This document shows, one piece after another, positions 42,701 through 53,976 of a stretch of 64,000 bases of DNA. Numbering within the stretch: position 1 is the stretch's first letter; each line of letters opens with the position of its first letter. The translations under genes and the position numbers were made by a program. The notes under the pieces were generated by a model. It worked only from the letters and a program-made list of their open reading frames with translations, was not told where the DNA came from and ran no database searches. Origin of the DNA: an uncultured virus (IMG/VR IMGVR_UViG_3300042325_000542) (Duplodnaviria; Heunggongvirae; Uroviricota; Caudoviricetes); the IMG/VR virus record IMGVR_UViG_3300042325_000542, one strand, 5' to 3'.

Positions 42701-45700
42701 GCTAACGCAATTGTTACTGACGTCTCTATCTCAATGAGTAATAATATAATTCCCCTACAGGTACAAATGCAAGATGAGCCAACTTATCAACACATTGGTG
42801 GTGGAGATAGTTATATAAATATTTCTATGAAAGTATTTGGTGAAAAAGAATTAATAAAATTAAGAAAAATATTTGATCATATTAATGGATTAGCTAGACT
42901 TGAACACGCTGCTGGCGTTATGGGCTTTTTAGGCATTAAGAATATAATAACAGCTTTAGCTGGGGTTAAGTACGTTCTTCCTCTTTCATTTAATGTTTCA
43001 ACTATTCCAAACTTTCCACATGTCTATGATGTTTCTTTAAGATTAGTAGACTTTGATATATTCCAACAAAAGCGTGAACAACTATCTTCTGATCAACAGA
43101 GAAAAATGATTGAAGAATTCGGGACAAAGAAAAATCCATTCTTAAGAATGAAGCAGCTGTGGGGATCGTTTAATTCGTATCCAGACTTTCCATTGGAGAT
43201 TAGAAATAAGGATAGCGAAGTTGTAGGATCTCTTGATCCAGATTTTTATTTTAGAAGTTTTGAGATGTTTGACAGGGACGTTATACGTAGCGTTACTGAA
43301 AATAAAGGTAAGCTCTCTAGACTTGATACGTTTAACGTTGATCCATCTCAAGAAATAACAGTAGTAACACCTTATGGATCAATGACCCATAAGGGCTCTG
43401 CGGTTGTTGCTAAGTTTAGAGAATATATATTAAATGATCAATTAGATGAACTAAAAGCTTACTCTAGAGGAACACTAGGATTAAAGGCTTCAGCTACAGC
43501 TTCTTATATAATAGAAGCTTTATTAGATATTGATCAACCTCATGATAAATTTTTATTAAACTATGTAGACTCTTTAGATGAGGGTGAATTTGACACTAAG
43601 GATTTAGCTGATTCTAGTTGGAGACTATCTTCTGGTCGATTAAAGGCTGGAGATTTATCAAGCTATAATGAAGAAGCAAGAGCAAAATTACAAGCTGCGT
43701 TATCCGGAAATCAAAAAGATGATGGTTTTGCAGAAGACGCTTACGTAAGCTTTGATCCAGATGAACTAGACGCGCATGCAATTATAAACACTTTTCCAGC
43801 AGCATCTGGACCTGGTGACACAAAAATTCCATCAATGATCCATACTGCAGATGGATATCAATTTGGATATATTGATAAGCAAAATGGAAGATTCTATCTA
43901 ACTGTAGATGACGTTGCTGTTAAAAAAGATAGTTCAGTTCAATACGTGGGAATAACCGACACTCAGACACCAGATGTCGGAACGACAAAATCTTTAACCG
44001 GAGTTCCTGGAGCAAAAGCACTATCTGAATATCAGTATTCATACTCATCTGGAGATGAAGGTAAGCCAGAAACTATGAAGTCAAATGGTAACTCAAAGAG
44101 TGTTACTGATCACTGGGAAAAAATGATGGTAGATACTCAGTATAGGGATATATCGGGAAGAATGATTAGAGCTTTCCCTACATATATGCTTTGGTTAATA
44201 GACGAAAAGAATTTTGCTGGCACAAAACTATTTGACAATTTCTACGGACTCCAGTCTATAATAGATTTTTCCGTAGTATCTTCTGAAGACATCTTAGGTG
44301 ATACGCTAGTATTTAGAGCTTCTAATATGTACGCAAAGCTTTCAACAAAAGAAGCTACAACAATATTTAGCGGAAGTGGTGAGACAGAAGATAAACCTGG
44401 TGTAGATAAGTTATCACTAACTTCTGGTCTTGAACAAATAATTGATAGAAGTTTAAATTTTGCAAGAAATCAATTAGGTCATATGGAAAGTCAATACATT
44501 GTTGACATAGAAAATATGAGACTTAAGCCAGGTGTAAGAGTTCACTTAAGAGTTGGTTATGGTGCAAATCCAAACTCGCTTCACACAATATTTAATGGTG
44601 TAATAACCGAAGTTGAATTGGGAGAAATAGTTACTGTCACATGTCAATCTGACGCTATTGAACTTAGTCCAGTAGTAAATTCTGTTGATAAAAAAGGATC
44701 TAGCGGTCATATAGATGGTGGTCTTAATACTGGGTTGTACTTATCGGAACCAAGAGATTTAATGGTCAGACTTCTTTCAATGGGCACATCTAGAACAAGA
44801 GAAGCTTTTGCCCATGCAACAAGAGGAACTGTATTTTCTGAAAATAAATTTGGAATTAAACACTTTGGCATGATGTTATATGAGCCTTTAACAGATGAAG
44901 AACGAAATAAGAACGCTGGCATTAGAAATGCAGCGTCAGATGCATATCTGGCAGTTGGTCAGGGTAGTGGCATAACTGGTGGAGCTGGTACGGTAGCTGG
45001 TGTTTTAAACCCATTTGGTGATAACTCAAATGGAACTGGAATTGGTGGATCACCATTTGGTATCGATGTAAGACTACCAATGGTTGGAATCATGAGAACA
45101 ATGTGGTCAAACTTTGCAGCACAACCAGATTTAGAGTTGTTTAAGAGAAATATTTATCCAGGAAATGGAACTGGTGTAGCTCAATTCCTTGGTGGTGACC
45201 TAGGAGACGGTTGGTCAAATGCGGCATCCTTAACACCTGAAGATATGCCAAATCCAAGATTAGAATATTTAAATAGACTCACAGATTCTTCATGGAATAA
45301 TCTACTTCAAAGATATGATTCAGGATCCGAAAACGCTTCAGCTGCAATAGATAACCTAACACAGGGAATGGAAGCAAGAGCTAGTGGTGGAACTGCAGCT
45401 AACATACTTGGTGGTGGATTACTAGCAGCAGGAGCCGCGTTAGCTATTGGTACGGGTGGTATCGCACTTCCGTTCATAGGTGGAGCTATGGCAGTTGGCG
45501 GAGGAGCATCTTTACTTGGAAGCTTAACTGGTAGAGGCGGTGTAAACATTTGGAAAACATTTGGATTGATTAGTGATCTTGACGACGACATGCCAGGCTT
45601 TGATGAGGTTTCATTTAGAGCACAAACATATATGAAATCTGTTTGGGATCTTTTTCAAATGTGCGCAAGACTACTTCCAAACTATATTGTTGCCGTAAGA

Positions 45701-48700
45701 CCATTCGAGGACAGATCAACGGTGTTCTATGGTAAGCCACACTGGTTATACACTTCAGCAGTAGTTCCAATCACTACTGGTTTTCCTTCTGAGAAAAAAG
45801 CTGTAGAGCTAGGATTAAAAGTTCCAAGTTATAGAAGTCCAGATTCTGAATTAATGGATCTTCTAACAAAAGTTAATAAGCAATCAAACTCAACTGCAGA
45901 TTATGAAGCAATGAGGCAAGCGCAAAGTCCAGCAATATCTATTTCCGAAATAGTTAGACAGCAATCATCATACTCAGATATATATGCACCTGCTGGAATA
46001 CTAAGAGGTAAGGTAGTTAACTTCTTAGATCCTAAGAGAACTATATATTACGGAAATAGCAATAACACTACTTTATCGGGCAGTGCAGATAGCATGGAGA
46101 GACAACAGGTAGTGGCAACAAAGAGTATCATATCGGAAATACCAAATACTAAAGGTTATGTAACAGTTGGTTTTCACTTACCAATAGATTCTACTGGACA
46201 AAATGCTTCTGAGTTAGATATAGAAAAAATGAAAAATTTACATGTTGAAATACCTCAAATGCCACTTAGGTTTTCTTTTCCATTTTTCACAGACAGAGTT
46301 GCTGGAGCAGTCTTATTAGACTACTCCTTCTATGCACTGAGCAACAATAGATCAGGAGAAGGTGATGAAAGACTCAAAACTGGAACCATACATGATGGTG
46401 ATAAAGATTTTGAAAAATTTGGTCACGACACATTGTATTCAAATCTAATAAGTACAGAAGCAGCCCTTATTTCTGGTTCACTAACAGACAACCGTGAAGG
46501 TGGCTCTGAAGATGAGTTTGTTATAAATCTTGCAGGAGTATCATTTACTGCTGCGGTTAACCCAATCAATACATTTGGTAATGATAAATTTATATTTGAT
46601 CTAAGCACAAGCGGAGTATCGGGAAGTAAGTCACTGATAAGAATGCCACTACCTTCACTACTGGAACAAGTTAGGGGAATAGAAAAACTTGAAGGCTCTT
46701 GGGAGTATGAGTACATTAATCAAAGAACGATTACTTCTGGAAGTCCATTTAGTTATAGAGATTGGGGATCTCCAGCAAGTGCTCTTGATGAGCAATTCTA
46801 CATAGCTATGAGATGGCCATATGAAATAACTGAAGATAAAGATGATGAAATATTTAAGAAATTTAAAGATAAATATTTTTCAGATAGAAATGAAACTGAA
46901 TTTTATGGTAAACCAAAAGACTATAAAAATAGAAAAGTTTTAGTCTATAGTCCAACAACTAGAACAGCAGTTGTTTGTAAACCAGCTTATTTTCTATGGG
47001 GAACCAATAAGGCTGATCTCATAATTGGCAACGGCGCTTCTGGAGATTTTGCTAAGGGAAGAAGTGAAGATCATTTCATAAACTTTAAAAACGATGTATT
47101 TACCGAAGTAGATTTAGCTGCTGTAGTTTCTCCAGACGCGGCATATTTTCTTGGGGTAATGCATTTAACAGAAAATGAAAAAGAATTTTTTAATAGCGAT
47201 GACGCAGCTTCAGAACCAACTAGAGTGCTAACCCAAGCTGGGTTGGCACCGGTACCAATGCCAAGAGACTGTTATTTTACTTTTGTAGATGACAGTGTTC
47301 CGCTCGGTGTTGTAACAACAATATATAATCCAGCTAATGAGTTTGCCTATAAAGGTGAATCAGATATTAATGGATCGTACTTTGTTGGTTTTGGCGCTTT
47401 TGCAGCAGAAGGTGATGGAAAACTTTTAGCAGAAGAAGCAAGTAAATCAGGCATGCAAAAGTTAGGGTTATCTGGTACAGCTGACTCAATCGAAAGACAA
47501 TTAGAGCTATTAAATGAAAGACCAACAGCTTTTACAAATACTCAGTGGCAAGAATATATTCCGATAAGTGGAATAACACTTCTTGACCAAGGACATTTTG
47601 CAGAAGCAGCGGCTAGAGGTGGAAACATTCTTGCCAGTAGTGATGGTAAAGAAGGTAGTTATTTTGACTACATATTAAACGAACAATATAGCGCTCTTGA
47701 CAGAGAAAAACTATATAAGATACTAGATGGTGAGCTTAGAACTACCAATCCAGATGAGGATACCGGAACGGGAAGAGAACGTTTTGCTCCTGTGTATGAT
47801 CCAGCTGCACCAGAATCTATAAAAGCTAGAGAGTTTTTCGATGAAGGGTTTAGTCCTTCCACTCATGTAATAGCTGGAAATGGAAGAACTCTTAGTCAAG
47901 CAAATGATGTATGGGATCAATTTAGATTTGATTACCATAACCAAGTGGCAATAAAGAAAATATTTTTTGACGCTTTTGGAATGGATCCAGATGATACAAC
48001 TCCACTTCCAGATTTTCTAATAACTATATTGCGAAATCCAGAAGCAAATCCAGATATATTTAAATTGTTCAGTGCTAATGGTCCAGATAGTACAGCAGTA
48101 GATGAATTCAGTTTATTGCTCGGAAGTGACTTTATAGCAAATCCAAATCAAAGAACTGGAAAACCATACGGTACAGCTGATTCAATGGAGAGACAGATTG
48201 AATCAGGATCTGGATCATTAGTTAGTTCAGATACAGTTAAGCAAGCTATTGAATTTGCTAGAAAAAACTTAGTCGATGCACCGCTTGATGAAGGCGGGTT
48301 AGTTAGGTATTTCGATGCTTTAACAAAAACAAAATATAAAAAATTAGGATTATTTTTACAATCTCAATCTAATTTATCCTTAATACTTGGCGCTGATGTT
48401 GGTGGCGGACAACCAAAAGTAGATGACATAATTAAAGATAACTTTACGCCAAAACAAGTATTCTTATTGATAGTTGGAATGTTTAGACAGGCAATGTGGC
48501 AAGATGCATATGCAAGAGCTTGGTTAGTATTAAAACCAAATAGACAATACGCCAGTGATGATATGTGGGACTTTAGTCCTGTTCACAAAATCTTTGCTGC
48601 ATTTATTGATCCTAATCAAGACTATGCATCAAATAAAAGAAAGTTCTTGAAACTTTTAGCAGATAATAAAGGCGAAGGAAATAGTGCAGGTAACGTAGTT

Positions 48701-51208
48701 GGTGTGCTAACTCATAATATCGATAGCTTTTGGGATCAAAATATTGGACCATTGTTTACAGCGTTAAGCGATGGTCTATCAGGTCTGATGAATATGTTTA
48801 GAATGTCAATGCTTCAAATGGGGTACGGTTTGTCTAATATAGACAACTTCTCTAAACAAGCAAACATTATGAATAAAGTATTAAACGATTCTATTTATTA
48901 CTCACTAGGAAGACCTGGATCATTATTGAGGGCCATTGACAATCCATTCACTAGAGAGTATGGAGAGCCAGTAGTTGAAGTACGCGAACCATTCCAGAAG
49001 ATACATTACATAAGTTCATTCTCAACTATCATAGCTAATAATATACAAGAGACTACAACTAACGTAGCAACTCAGGTGACCGCTGTATCTGAAGGAAAGT
49101 ATCCAGTAACAGTAGCTTTAGATAAAAGTATTCCCGCAGAAAGACAGGTTGAAAAAACTGTAGAGACTGGTTTATTCTTTGACAACATAGTTGGTGAAGG
49201 TTTATTCGGAATTGCTCAACCGCTATTCCATCCAATAGAATTTGCAAGAGGAGCAATAAAACTATCTCAAGGTGCGCCAGATGAACTAATGGCAAGAAGA
49301 GTTGGTCTAGCTCATCTTAAGGAATCTCTAAAAGATATTTATTCTGGAGAGTTAATTGTAATAGGAAGCGCAGATATAAGACCTCATGACTTAGTTTACC
49401 TCGCTGATGTTTATGAAAGAATGTATGGAATTTTTGAAGTCGAACAGGTTGTTCATCATTTTACTCCAAATATGGGATTCATTACATCAATAACACCCAA
49501 CGCTCTTGTAACCGTAAATGATCCAGCAAGATGGTTTATGTCTAGCTGGATTCATTCTTGGATGTCAATTCAAAATATAAGAAATGACACAAGAAGTTTA
49601 ATTAATTCAGTTCAGGCTGGAAGTACTGGAATCTTGTCAGGTGGAAACATTTCTGTTGATGGTATGTCAGAAGCGCTAAGATCACAAATGATGGGTGGTG
49701 TGCAATTTACCCATGGATCAAGTGCGCTTATGTCTGACATAATGGCAAACTTTGCAGCCGAGGGATTAACAGACGCTCAATCTCAAATAGAGAATCAGAT
49801 GAAGCAAAACTCTGAAAATGGAATGAGCTTAACTGGAATTGCAGCAACATATTTAACTACAGTTGGCTTAACTGCAACAGCTGGGGCACTTCTTGGTGGA
49901 CCAATCGGTGCTGGAATTGGTGCTGGAATAGCGTCTGATTTATTCTGGAAGGGCTGGAAGTGGGTAAGAGATAACGTCTTAGACCAACATGGTTGTTATA
50001 TATCTTATCTAAATAAAAATGGTCAACCTATGGACGCTAGTCTTGCAATAAATCAAGGAATGGTTGTTGGTAGATATCATACAAAGAGACTTCTTCCTGG
50101 AATTTTAGGAGTAAAGAGTAAGGTTAGAACCGTTGACGGCAATGCTTTTATTAGAAATGACGACTTACTTAAGAGCTTGGGTTGGAAAGAAAAAGAAATA
50201 ACCGACCTAGTAAGATACGTGAGTTATGAAAACGCATTAGTTAATGCTGAGGTGTTAAAGTATTCTGGAACTGGTCCAGATAAAACGGGATTAAATCAAT
50301 ACTTTAAAGTAATATGTAAACTAAATAATGTTATAGATGGTGACGAAATAGAAGTTATAGATTTAATGAATCCAACTGGTCAACCTTTCAAGGTCAGACT
50401 AGAAGGAATAATAGCTTCAAGTCTTGGCACTTTTCAGGCGTACACAAATACTTCCATACAAGCTGGGTATAAGCCAGACGACCCAACGACTGCAATAAAC
50501 GTTAATTCACCAGGTGGAAGGGCAGCAATCTTTGTAAGTGAAAGACTCAGGGATAAGCCTTTCGTTATAAGAATTTCTCCAAATGATCAATCTTCAGTTT
50601 CTATTTATACGGAAGATGACTTATCTCCTGGCTCAAGAATTAATAATACAAATAGTTACTTCAAGGGCGTTAACTATGGAGATCAAGAAAGGGAAAAATC
50701 TTTAGGAACCGTATTTTACAGGATCCTCGATGAGGATAAAGAAACAAATATTTCTATAATAAGATCTTTCTTTGTTCAAAATCTTGGCTTAAGCATTATA
50801 CAGAAAAAGGAAAAATTTAAACAAAATCTTTATGGAGAATCAGTATTTGGTCAAAAGTTTGATGAAATATATAACTCAATATATACTTCTGGTATGGAAA
50901 ATCATTTTGAAATTACTGGAGAAACTGACCCACTATTAACCATAACTAATGATGAAAGAAAATTGTTTAATGATTTAGTTAACTTTAAAATATTAGAAGT
51001 TCTTTATTCAAAAGCTTCAGAATGGCCATATATTTCTTGGGATGAGTACTATAATGATGGAGTACCAGCAACCCTTAACTGGGAACTAGTGACAAATAAC
51101 TTAGCTCAAGTGTATACGGTGGATCTATTAAGAGAAAGAGCATCTACTGGCGGCCTGGATAGATCTATACCAATGCCAAGCTATGTTGAACAAAAGGGTG
51201 GATTGTAA
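39791..51208 (+). CDS. Giant baseplate hub / central tail protein, 3805 aa, multi-domain
   Basis: Hub-like LKPGVRVHLRVGYG..IFNGVITEV and GELIVIG..DIRPHD....GIFEVEQVVHHF....GFITSITP. C-terminal thermonuclease-like VIDGD...VRLEGI. Gly-rich hydrophobic segments. Confidence 0.65.
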   Translation: MTINQEAFYYIKEQFTTKQQVDDYVLEIQQITLNANSNALENAALAKLQTVLPGFEGTVGVWAGKRIPWGIKIAPPDFSDIAWRNAAIRALKRQDTRTGENPVDYIVKEILKKFDEKIPTKNIDLTDIAYAKAFEAWYVGIGKSGSCWSAIESATIMASFIAQRVKDFNIGSDNPEDTPQTPEDVQEPPAVEEDLLGPSIERAAVLEEFISRGAAIIGFDHSDNSYSSISQYYENLVRKNNPSFVYDRAFQDNYVNQFIAVASPTMDIIKLNDTYQKSLFDKIEASGLFDLLSYIDAMQAYGRSRLSTLERVSGSAGAANVLDGVRDTGWLQQLTVVLQRLSRDPVTLATIYRYFPELVNFFFAALASTADYSNDGKGGGSEDPLNDGQAVLNDLMASLGQVNGENIFTGAWDLINTGQRIEKAISEFPFRQNIPPSSPDIFHLRLGASNFYVPPIGIDVQTQFKTSSLGEGALRQKNSPKFNSGYKHTTISMQLFFPNYEEIWGISIEDASKITLKDNFTIDFSGNGDNEEKIDKFLSSLRGLVAAFKYAPFLPIRNHYLNSVYGITGVALHGMSISTIPSYPFALVVTLNLYNFNHKPFLPMLNDFNQAIHWGKFRQYMGKAAGALHNYINEEFLMFGREGLINATRDAMISVGEAMLDTDRDGDVTQDDLRGMQAASDRLSAQAGISPSKIVNDALLGYKNEVFTTNVIREWTNGSNLSFYMPAETQTKIFTPDISGFRSDEEKGLTDTGRSFWNQMLANFGIDINESAEYHRTLDSVITTSTGNVVEYTVNQKILQSIDILTAGRNTTDFQKKAYNFIITSFIFQNPQLDSDRKDYLRDFNRTENAYEDTERYVFGAIVFKDETLSQIKSFFKSQALTTKSYLDFMVDEYLQKRAINAGKTNDTKWKENERLIIRDQFAAGYSSMVYERFFKAGPIRDLMEAARERNGSFHIREWEVPMIRVDIDPANAIVTDVSISMSNNIIPLQVQMQDEPTYQHIGGGDSYINISMKVFGEKELIKLRKIFDHINGLARLEHAAGVMGFLGIKNIITALAGVKYVLPLSFNVSTIPNFPHVYDVSLRLVDFDIFQQKREQLSSDQQRKMIEEFGTKKNPFLRMKQLWGSFNSYPDFPLEIRNKDSEVVGSLDPDFYFRSFEMFDRDVIRSVTENKGKLSRLDTFNVDPSQEITVVTPYGSMTHKGSAVVAKFREYILNDQLDELKAYSRGTLGLKASATASYIIEALLDIDQPHDKFLLNYVDSLDEGEFDTKDLADSSWRLSSGRLKAGDLSSYNEEARAKLQAALSGNQKDDGFAEDAYVSFDPDELDAHAIINTFPAASGPGDTKIPSMIHTADGYQFGYIDKQNGRFYLTVDDVAVKKDSSVQYVGITDTQTPDVGTTKSLTGVPGAKALSEYQYSYSSGDEGKPETMKSNGNSKSVTDHWEKMMVDTQYRDISGRMIRAFPTYMLWLIDEKNFAGTKLFDNFYGLQSIIDFSVVSSEDILGDTLVFRASNMYAKLSTKEATTIFSGSGETEDKPGVDKLSLTSGLEQIIDRSLNFARNQLGHMESQYIVDIENMRLKPGVRVHLRVGYGANPNSLHTIFNGVITEVELGEIVTVTCQSDAIELSPVVNSVDKKGSSGHIDGGLNTGLYLSEPRDLMVRLLSMGTSRTREAFAHATRGTVFSENKFGIKHFGMMLYEPLTDEERNKNAGIRNAASDAYLAVGQGSGITGGAGTVAGVLNPFGDNSNGTGIGGSPFGIDVRLPMVGIMRTMWSNFAAQPDLELFKRNIYPGNGTGVAQFLGGDLGDGWSNAASLTPEDMPNPRLEYLNRLTDSSWNNLLQRYDSGSENASAAIDNLTQGMEARASGGTAANILGGGLLAAGAALAIGTGGIALPFIGGAMAVGGGASLLGSLTGRGGVNIWKTFGLISDLDDDMPGFDEVSFRAQTYMKSVWDLFQMCARLLPNYIVAVRPFEDRSTVFYGKPHWLYTSAVVPITTGFPSEKKAVELGLKVPSYRSPDSELMDLLTKVNKQSNSTADYEAMRQAQSPAISISEIVRQQSSYSDIYAPAGILRGKVVNFLDPKRTIYYGNSNNTTLSGSADSMERQQVVATKSIISEIPNTKGYVTVGFHLPIDSTGQNASELDIEKMKNLHVEIPQMPLRFSFPFFTDRVAGAVLLDYSFYALSNNRSGEGDERLKTGTIHDGDKDFEKFGHDTLYSNLISTEAALISGSLTDNREGGSEDEFVINLAGVSFTAAVNPINTFGNDKFIFDLSTSGVSGSKSLIRMPLPSLLEQVRGIEKLEGSWEYEYINQRTITSGSPFSYRDWGSPASALDEQFYIAMRWPYEITEDKDDEIFKKFKDKYFSDRNETEFYGKPKDYKNRKVLVYSPTTRTAVVCKPAYFLWGTNKADLIIGNGASGDFAKGRSEDHFINFKNDVFTEVDLAAVVSPDAAYFLGVMHLTENEKEFFNSDDAASEPTRVLTQAGLAPVPMPRDCYFTFVDDSVPLGVVTTIYNPANEFAYKGESDINGSYFVGFGAFAAEGDGKLLAEEASKSGMQKLGLSGTADSIERQLELLNERPTAFTNTQWQEYIPISGITLLDQGHFAEAAARGGNILASSDGKEGSYFDYILNEQYSALDREKLYKILDGELRTTNPDEDTGTGRERFAPVYDPAAPESIKAREFFDEGFSPSTHVIAGNGRTLSQANDVWDQFRFDYHNQVAIKKIFFDAFGMDPDDTTPLPDFLITILRNPEANPDIFKLFSANGPDSTAVDEFSLLLGSDFIANPNQRTGKPYGTADSMERQIESGSGSLVSSDTVKQAIEFARKNLVDAPLDEGGLVRYFDALTKTKYKKLGLFLQSQSNLSLILGADVGGGQPKVDDIIKDNFTPKQVFLLIVGMFRQAMWQDAYARAWLVLKPNRQYASDDMWDFSPVHKIFAAFIDPNQDYASNKRKFLKLLADNKGEGNSAGNVVGVLTHNIDSFWDQNIGPLFTALSDGLSGLMNMFRMSMLQMGYGLSNIDNFSKQANIMNKVLNDSIYYSLGRPGSLLRAIDNPFTREYGEPVVEVREPFQKIHYISSFSTIIANNIQETTTNVATQVTAVSEGKYPVTVALDKSIPAERQVEKTVETGLFFDNIVGEGLFGIAQPLFHPIEFARGAIKLSQGAPDELMARRVGLAHLKESLKDIYSGELIVIGSADIRPHDLVYLADVYERMYGIFEVEQVVHHFTPNMGFITSITPNALVTVNDPARWFMSSWIHSWMSIQNIRNDTRSLINSVQAGSTGILSGGNISVDGMSEALRSQMMGGVQFTHGSSALMSDIMANFAAEGLTDAQSQIENQMKQNSENGMSLTGIAATYLTTVGLTATAGALLGGPIGAGIGAGIASDLFWKGWKWVRDNVLDQHGCYISYLNKNGQPMDASLAINQGMVVGRYHTKRLLPGILGVKSKVRTVDGNAFIRNDDLLKSLGWKEKEITDLVRYVSYENALVNAEVLKYSGTGPDKTGLNQYFKVICKLNNVIDGDEIEVIDLMNPTGQPFKVRLEGIIASSLGTFQAYTNTSIQAGYKPDDPTTAINVNSPGGRAAIFVSERLRDKPFVIRISPNDQSSVSIYTEDDLSPGSRINNTNSYFKGVNYGDQEREKSLGTVFYRILDEDKETNISIIRSFFVQNLGLSIIQKKEKFKQNLYGESVFGQKFDEIYNSIYTSGMENHFEITGETDPLLTITNDERKLFNDLVNFKILEVLYSKASEWPYISWDEYYNDGVPATLNWELVTNNLAQVYTVDLLRERASTGGLDRSIPMPSYVEQKGGL

Positions 51209-51210
51209 TA

Positions 51211-53965
51211 ATGTCTGATTTTAATTTTAACCTTAATGACTTCAATGATTCTACTTCTTTTATAGCAAAGTTGTCAGAGGGTTATAATCCCGATGGAGCG
51301 GCTAGCTTAGTTACTTCAGCTTCAAAAGAAAGTTATTCAAATCAGACATTAACATCTAGAAATCTAACAGACATAATGGCTGGACGGAGCGTTAACCAGA
51401 AATCCAGCAGCGTTAGCAGACGCATCGTCAAAGTTTGTTAGGTCATCTCTTCACTCTATATTAGCAACAGGCATTCAGTCTGGTGATGCATTCCAAGTAG
51501 CTAATCCAGATTATCAGGGACCTGGAGATCTAGAGGTATTAAAAGGTGACCAGGCATATCTAAAGGTAGTCTCTCAATCTTTAGTCGGAACTGGTTTTGC
51601 GCCAACGTCAGTTCTAAATCCTTTATTAGAATCAACAAATGGAAAATGGCCAGGAAACGATAAGTCTAAAGTTGGAGATTCTACTGGAGCACTATTCACT
51701 CATAATAGCACCGCCTATAGAATAGATGGTGACGCTCCAGGTTTGGGAGAAAGAGCTATAGCTGCAGATGAAGAATTAAGCGAGGAAGAAAAACAAATAT
51801 ACATAGAAAGAGGAACACTTCTTAAACAATCTATCAATGAACCAGCTTTAACACTTGGGTTTGAGTTTGACATACCAAATGTTCTATCTTCTTATTCTTT
51901 TGTGCAAACAAATTCATACTACACAGATGAATCTAATCCAACTGAGGAGTCTGTTGAATCATCACTGATAAGCGCTCCTAAGAAAAAAGCATACATTAGT
52001 GCTTCTCTAATTGAATGCTTATTGATGATGACAGATGTGAATAAAGGTGTTAAAATAAATGGCACATTTGCTCTTAATAGAGCGGTGTTGTCAGAAAGCG
52101 ATAAGACGAGTAGGCATTCAAATCCAGAAAGTGGAATTGATAAGAATAATAAAAACTCTATATCTGATCATGTTTTTGGAAGAGCATTTGATATTAGATC
52201 AGTTGGTGACTATGGAGTAATAAGAGGCAAAGAGAGATACGCAATTGCCTTAGATATAGTTTTGCAAAAGTTAAATACAATGCCACAACCCCTGATGCCA
52301 GATCTTATAGTTATCCATCCAGACGTTGCAAAGGATAAGGGAATTGGAGAAGGCTATGAAAAAGTTGATACTGCAATCAAAACACAGTATCCAAATCTAA
52401 AATATGTTAACTTTGAATTTGGTCCAGAGCATACGGAAAATATTCATATTAGCTTTAGCCCACAAAGAGGTGGTAAATACATTGGTTCTGGTGGCTGGAA
52501 AACCTCCGATGCTTCAGCTCAAAAGTTTGATGAAAATGGAAACCCAGTAGACGATTCAGGAAGTGGGGCATCAGCAAAAGAAAAAGCCTATAAAAATTAT
52601 AAAAATGGTGGTCCAGCAATAACACTATATGAATTATTTATAATGCTCTCTCAAGAAGGTCCATTTTCTGACGAGGCAGCAGCAATTTTTTGCGCTGTAG
52701 CAGGAAGAGAGAGTGGAGCCAGTCCAGCAGGTTATAACGGCAAATGTTTCGATAACAAGACAAGTTGGGGTGGTGACGTTTCAGTTGGAATGTTTCAGTA
52801 TAATTTGATTTCCTTAATCAAGAGGTCGACCAACGCATCAAACGACGTGCCAATTTACTATGATGGTTCTGCTGCAACAAAGCAATTAGTTAAAGCTCAC
52901 AGGTTAATGTACTCTGCTACTGAAGCTTCTTCTTGGGATCCTAATGCAGTAGCAAAAAAATTAGTAGAGATTTATAGTACAACCACTAATAAAGAGGCTT
53001 CAAAGTCTACTACCGATGACAGGTTGTGGTTCCCAATTAATCAAGTTTGGATGCTAATGGATAAGTGGGGCAGAGTAGATTTTAAAAACGTAAATAAGAT
53101 AGACGGATCTAGTGGTTTTCGCCATTGGGGAGATTATGATAATTCAAATGGTACACCAAGATCTGATTGTGGATTTATATTCGGAACAAAATTTCAAAAT
53201 GCTGTTAACGTATATTTAACAACAGGAAAGCCTATAGAAACGCTAGAAGATTGGGTTAGAACAAACTTCAAAAAGCATAATAAAAGAACAATAAATTACA
53301 TAGAACAATGGATGGACGGTACGGTATTCTACGATCATGCTAAAGATGGTTCGTTGATAAACGAAGAAGATAGTGGAGTCATTACATATGAGGTAAATGT
53401 AGTTAGTTCGCAAGGTGCCGGAGGAGATGGATCTCCTGCATCTTTTACTAAGTATCAAATTGAAGAAGCTGCAGACTGGATTAGCACTAATAAGATTCCT
53501 CAATGGCTTACTAAGTATCGTTCAGATCTTGAAGGAAACTTTGGTTGCGATAGATTTGCCAGAGTTCTTTCAGCTGCTTTAGGCTTGTTTGGCCCAGCAC
53601 AAACTGCACTGTTTACAGATGAGTGGACAGCTGCAGGTAACGAAGGCTCATATACAGTCTCTACGCCTAGTCTTAGTCAATTCCTAACAGCGGGAGAACA
53701 CTTGTCTAATTTGGAATCGAGCGCTTCATTTTATGGACCAGAGACTGAAAACGGAAAAAACCCACCAGTTGGTTATTTGGTATTTTGGACAGGTGGGACT
53801 GATCGCTATGGCCACGTAGGTATCTCGATAGGAAATGGTCAGTACGTTGACCAGCATGATGAAAGTGAAGGGTCTGATAGACCAAGACCAAGAAGTATAA
53901 ATTCAACGATTTTCCCAGGAAGTAAGTATACCTATGCTGGAGCATCGTCTGCATGGAGTGCGTAA
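51211..53965 (+). CDS. Tail-associated peptidoglycan hydrolase (M15-like + lytic transglycosylase-like + CHAP/NlpC); needs +1 shift at 51385; 917 aa
   Basis: SDHVFGRAFDI...HISF; AVAGRESG...GMFQYN; GCDRFAR...GYLVFW...YGHVGI. ORF 51211 joins 119 open codons and then ORF 51743. Confidence 0.75.
51385..51388 (+). other. CGG-A +1 frameshift site 10
   Basis: GCT GGA C GGA GCG. +1-frame TAA at 51374. Confidence 0.75.
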
Positions 53966-53976
53966 GGAGATAGAGT

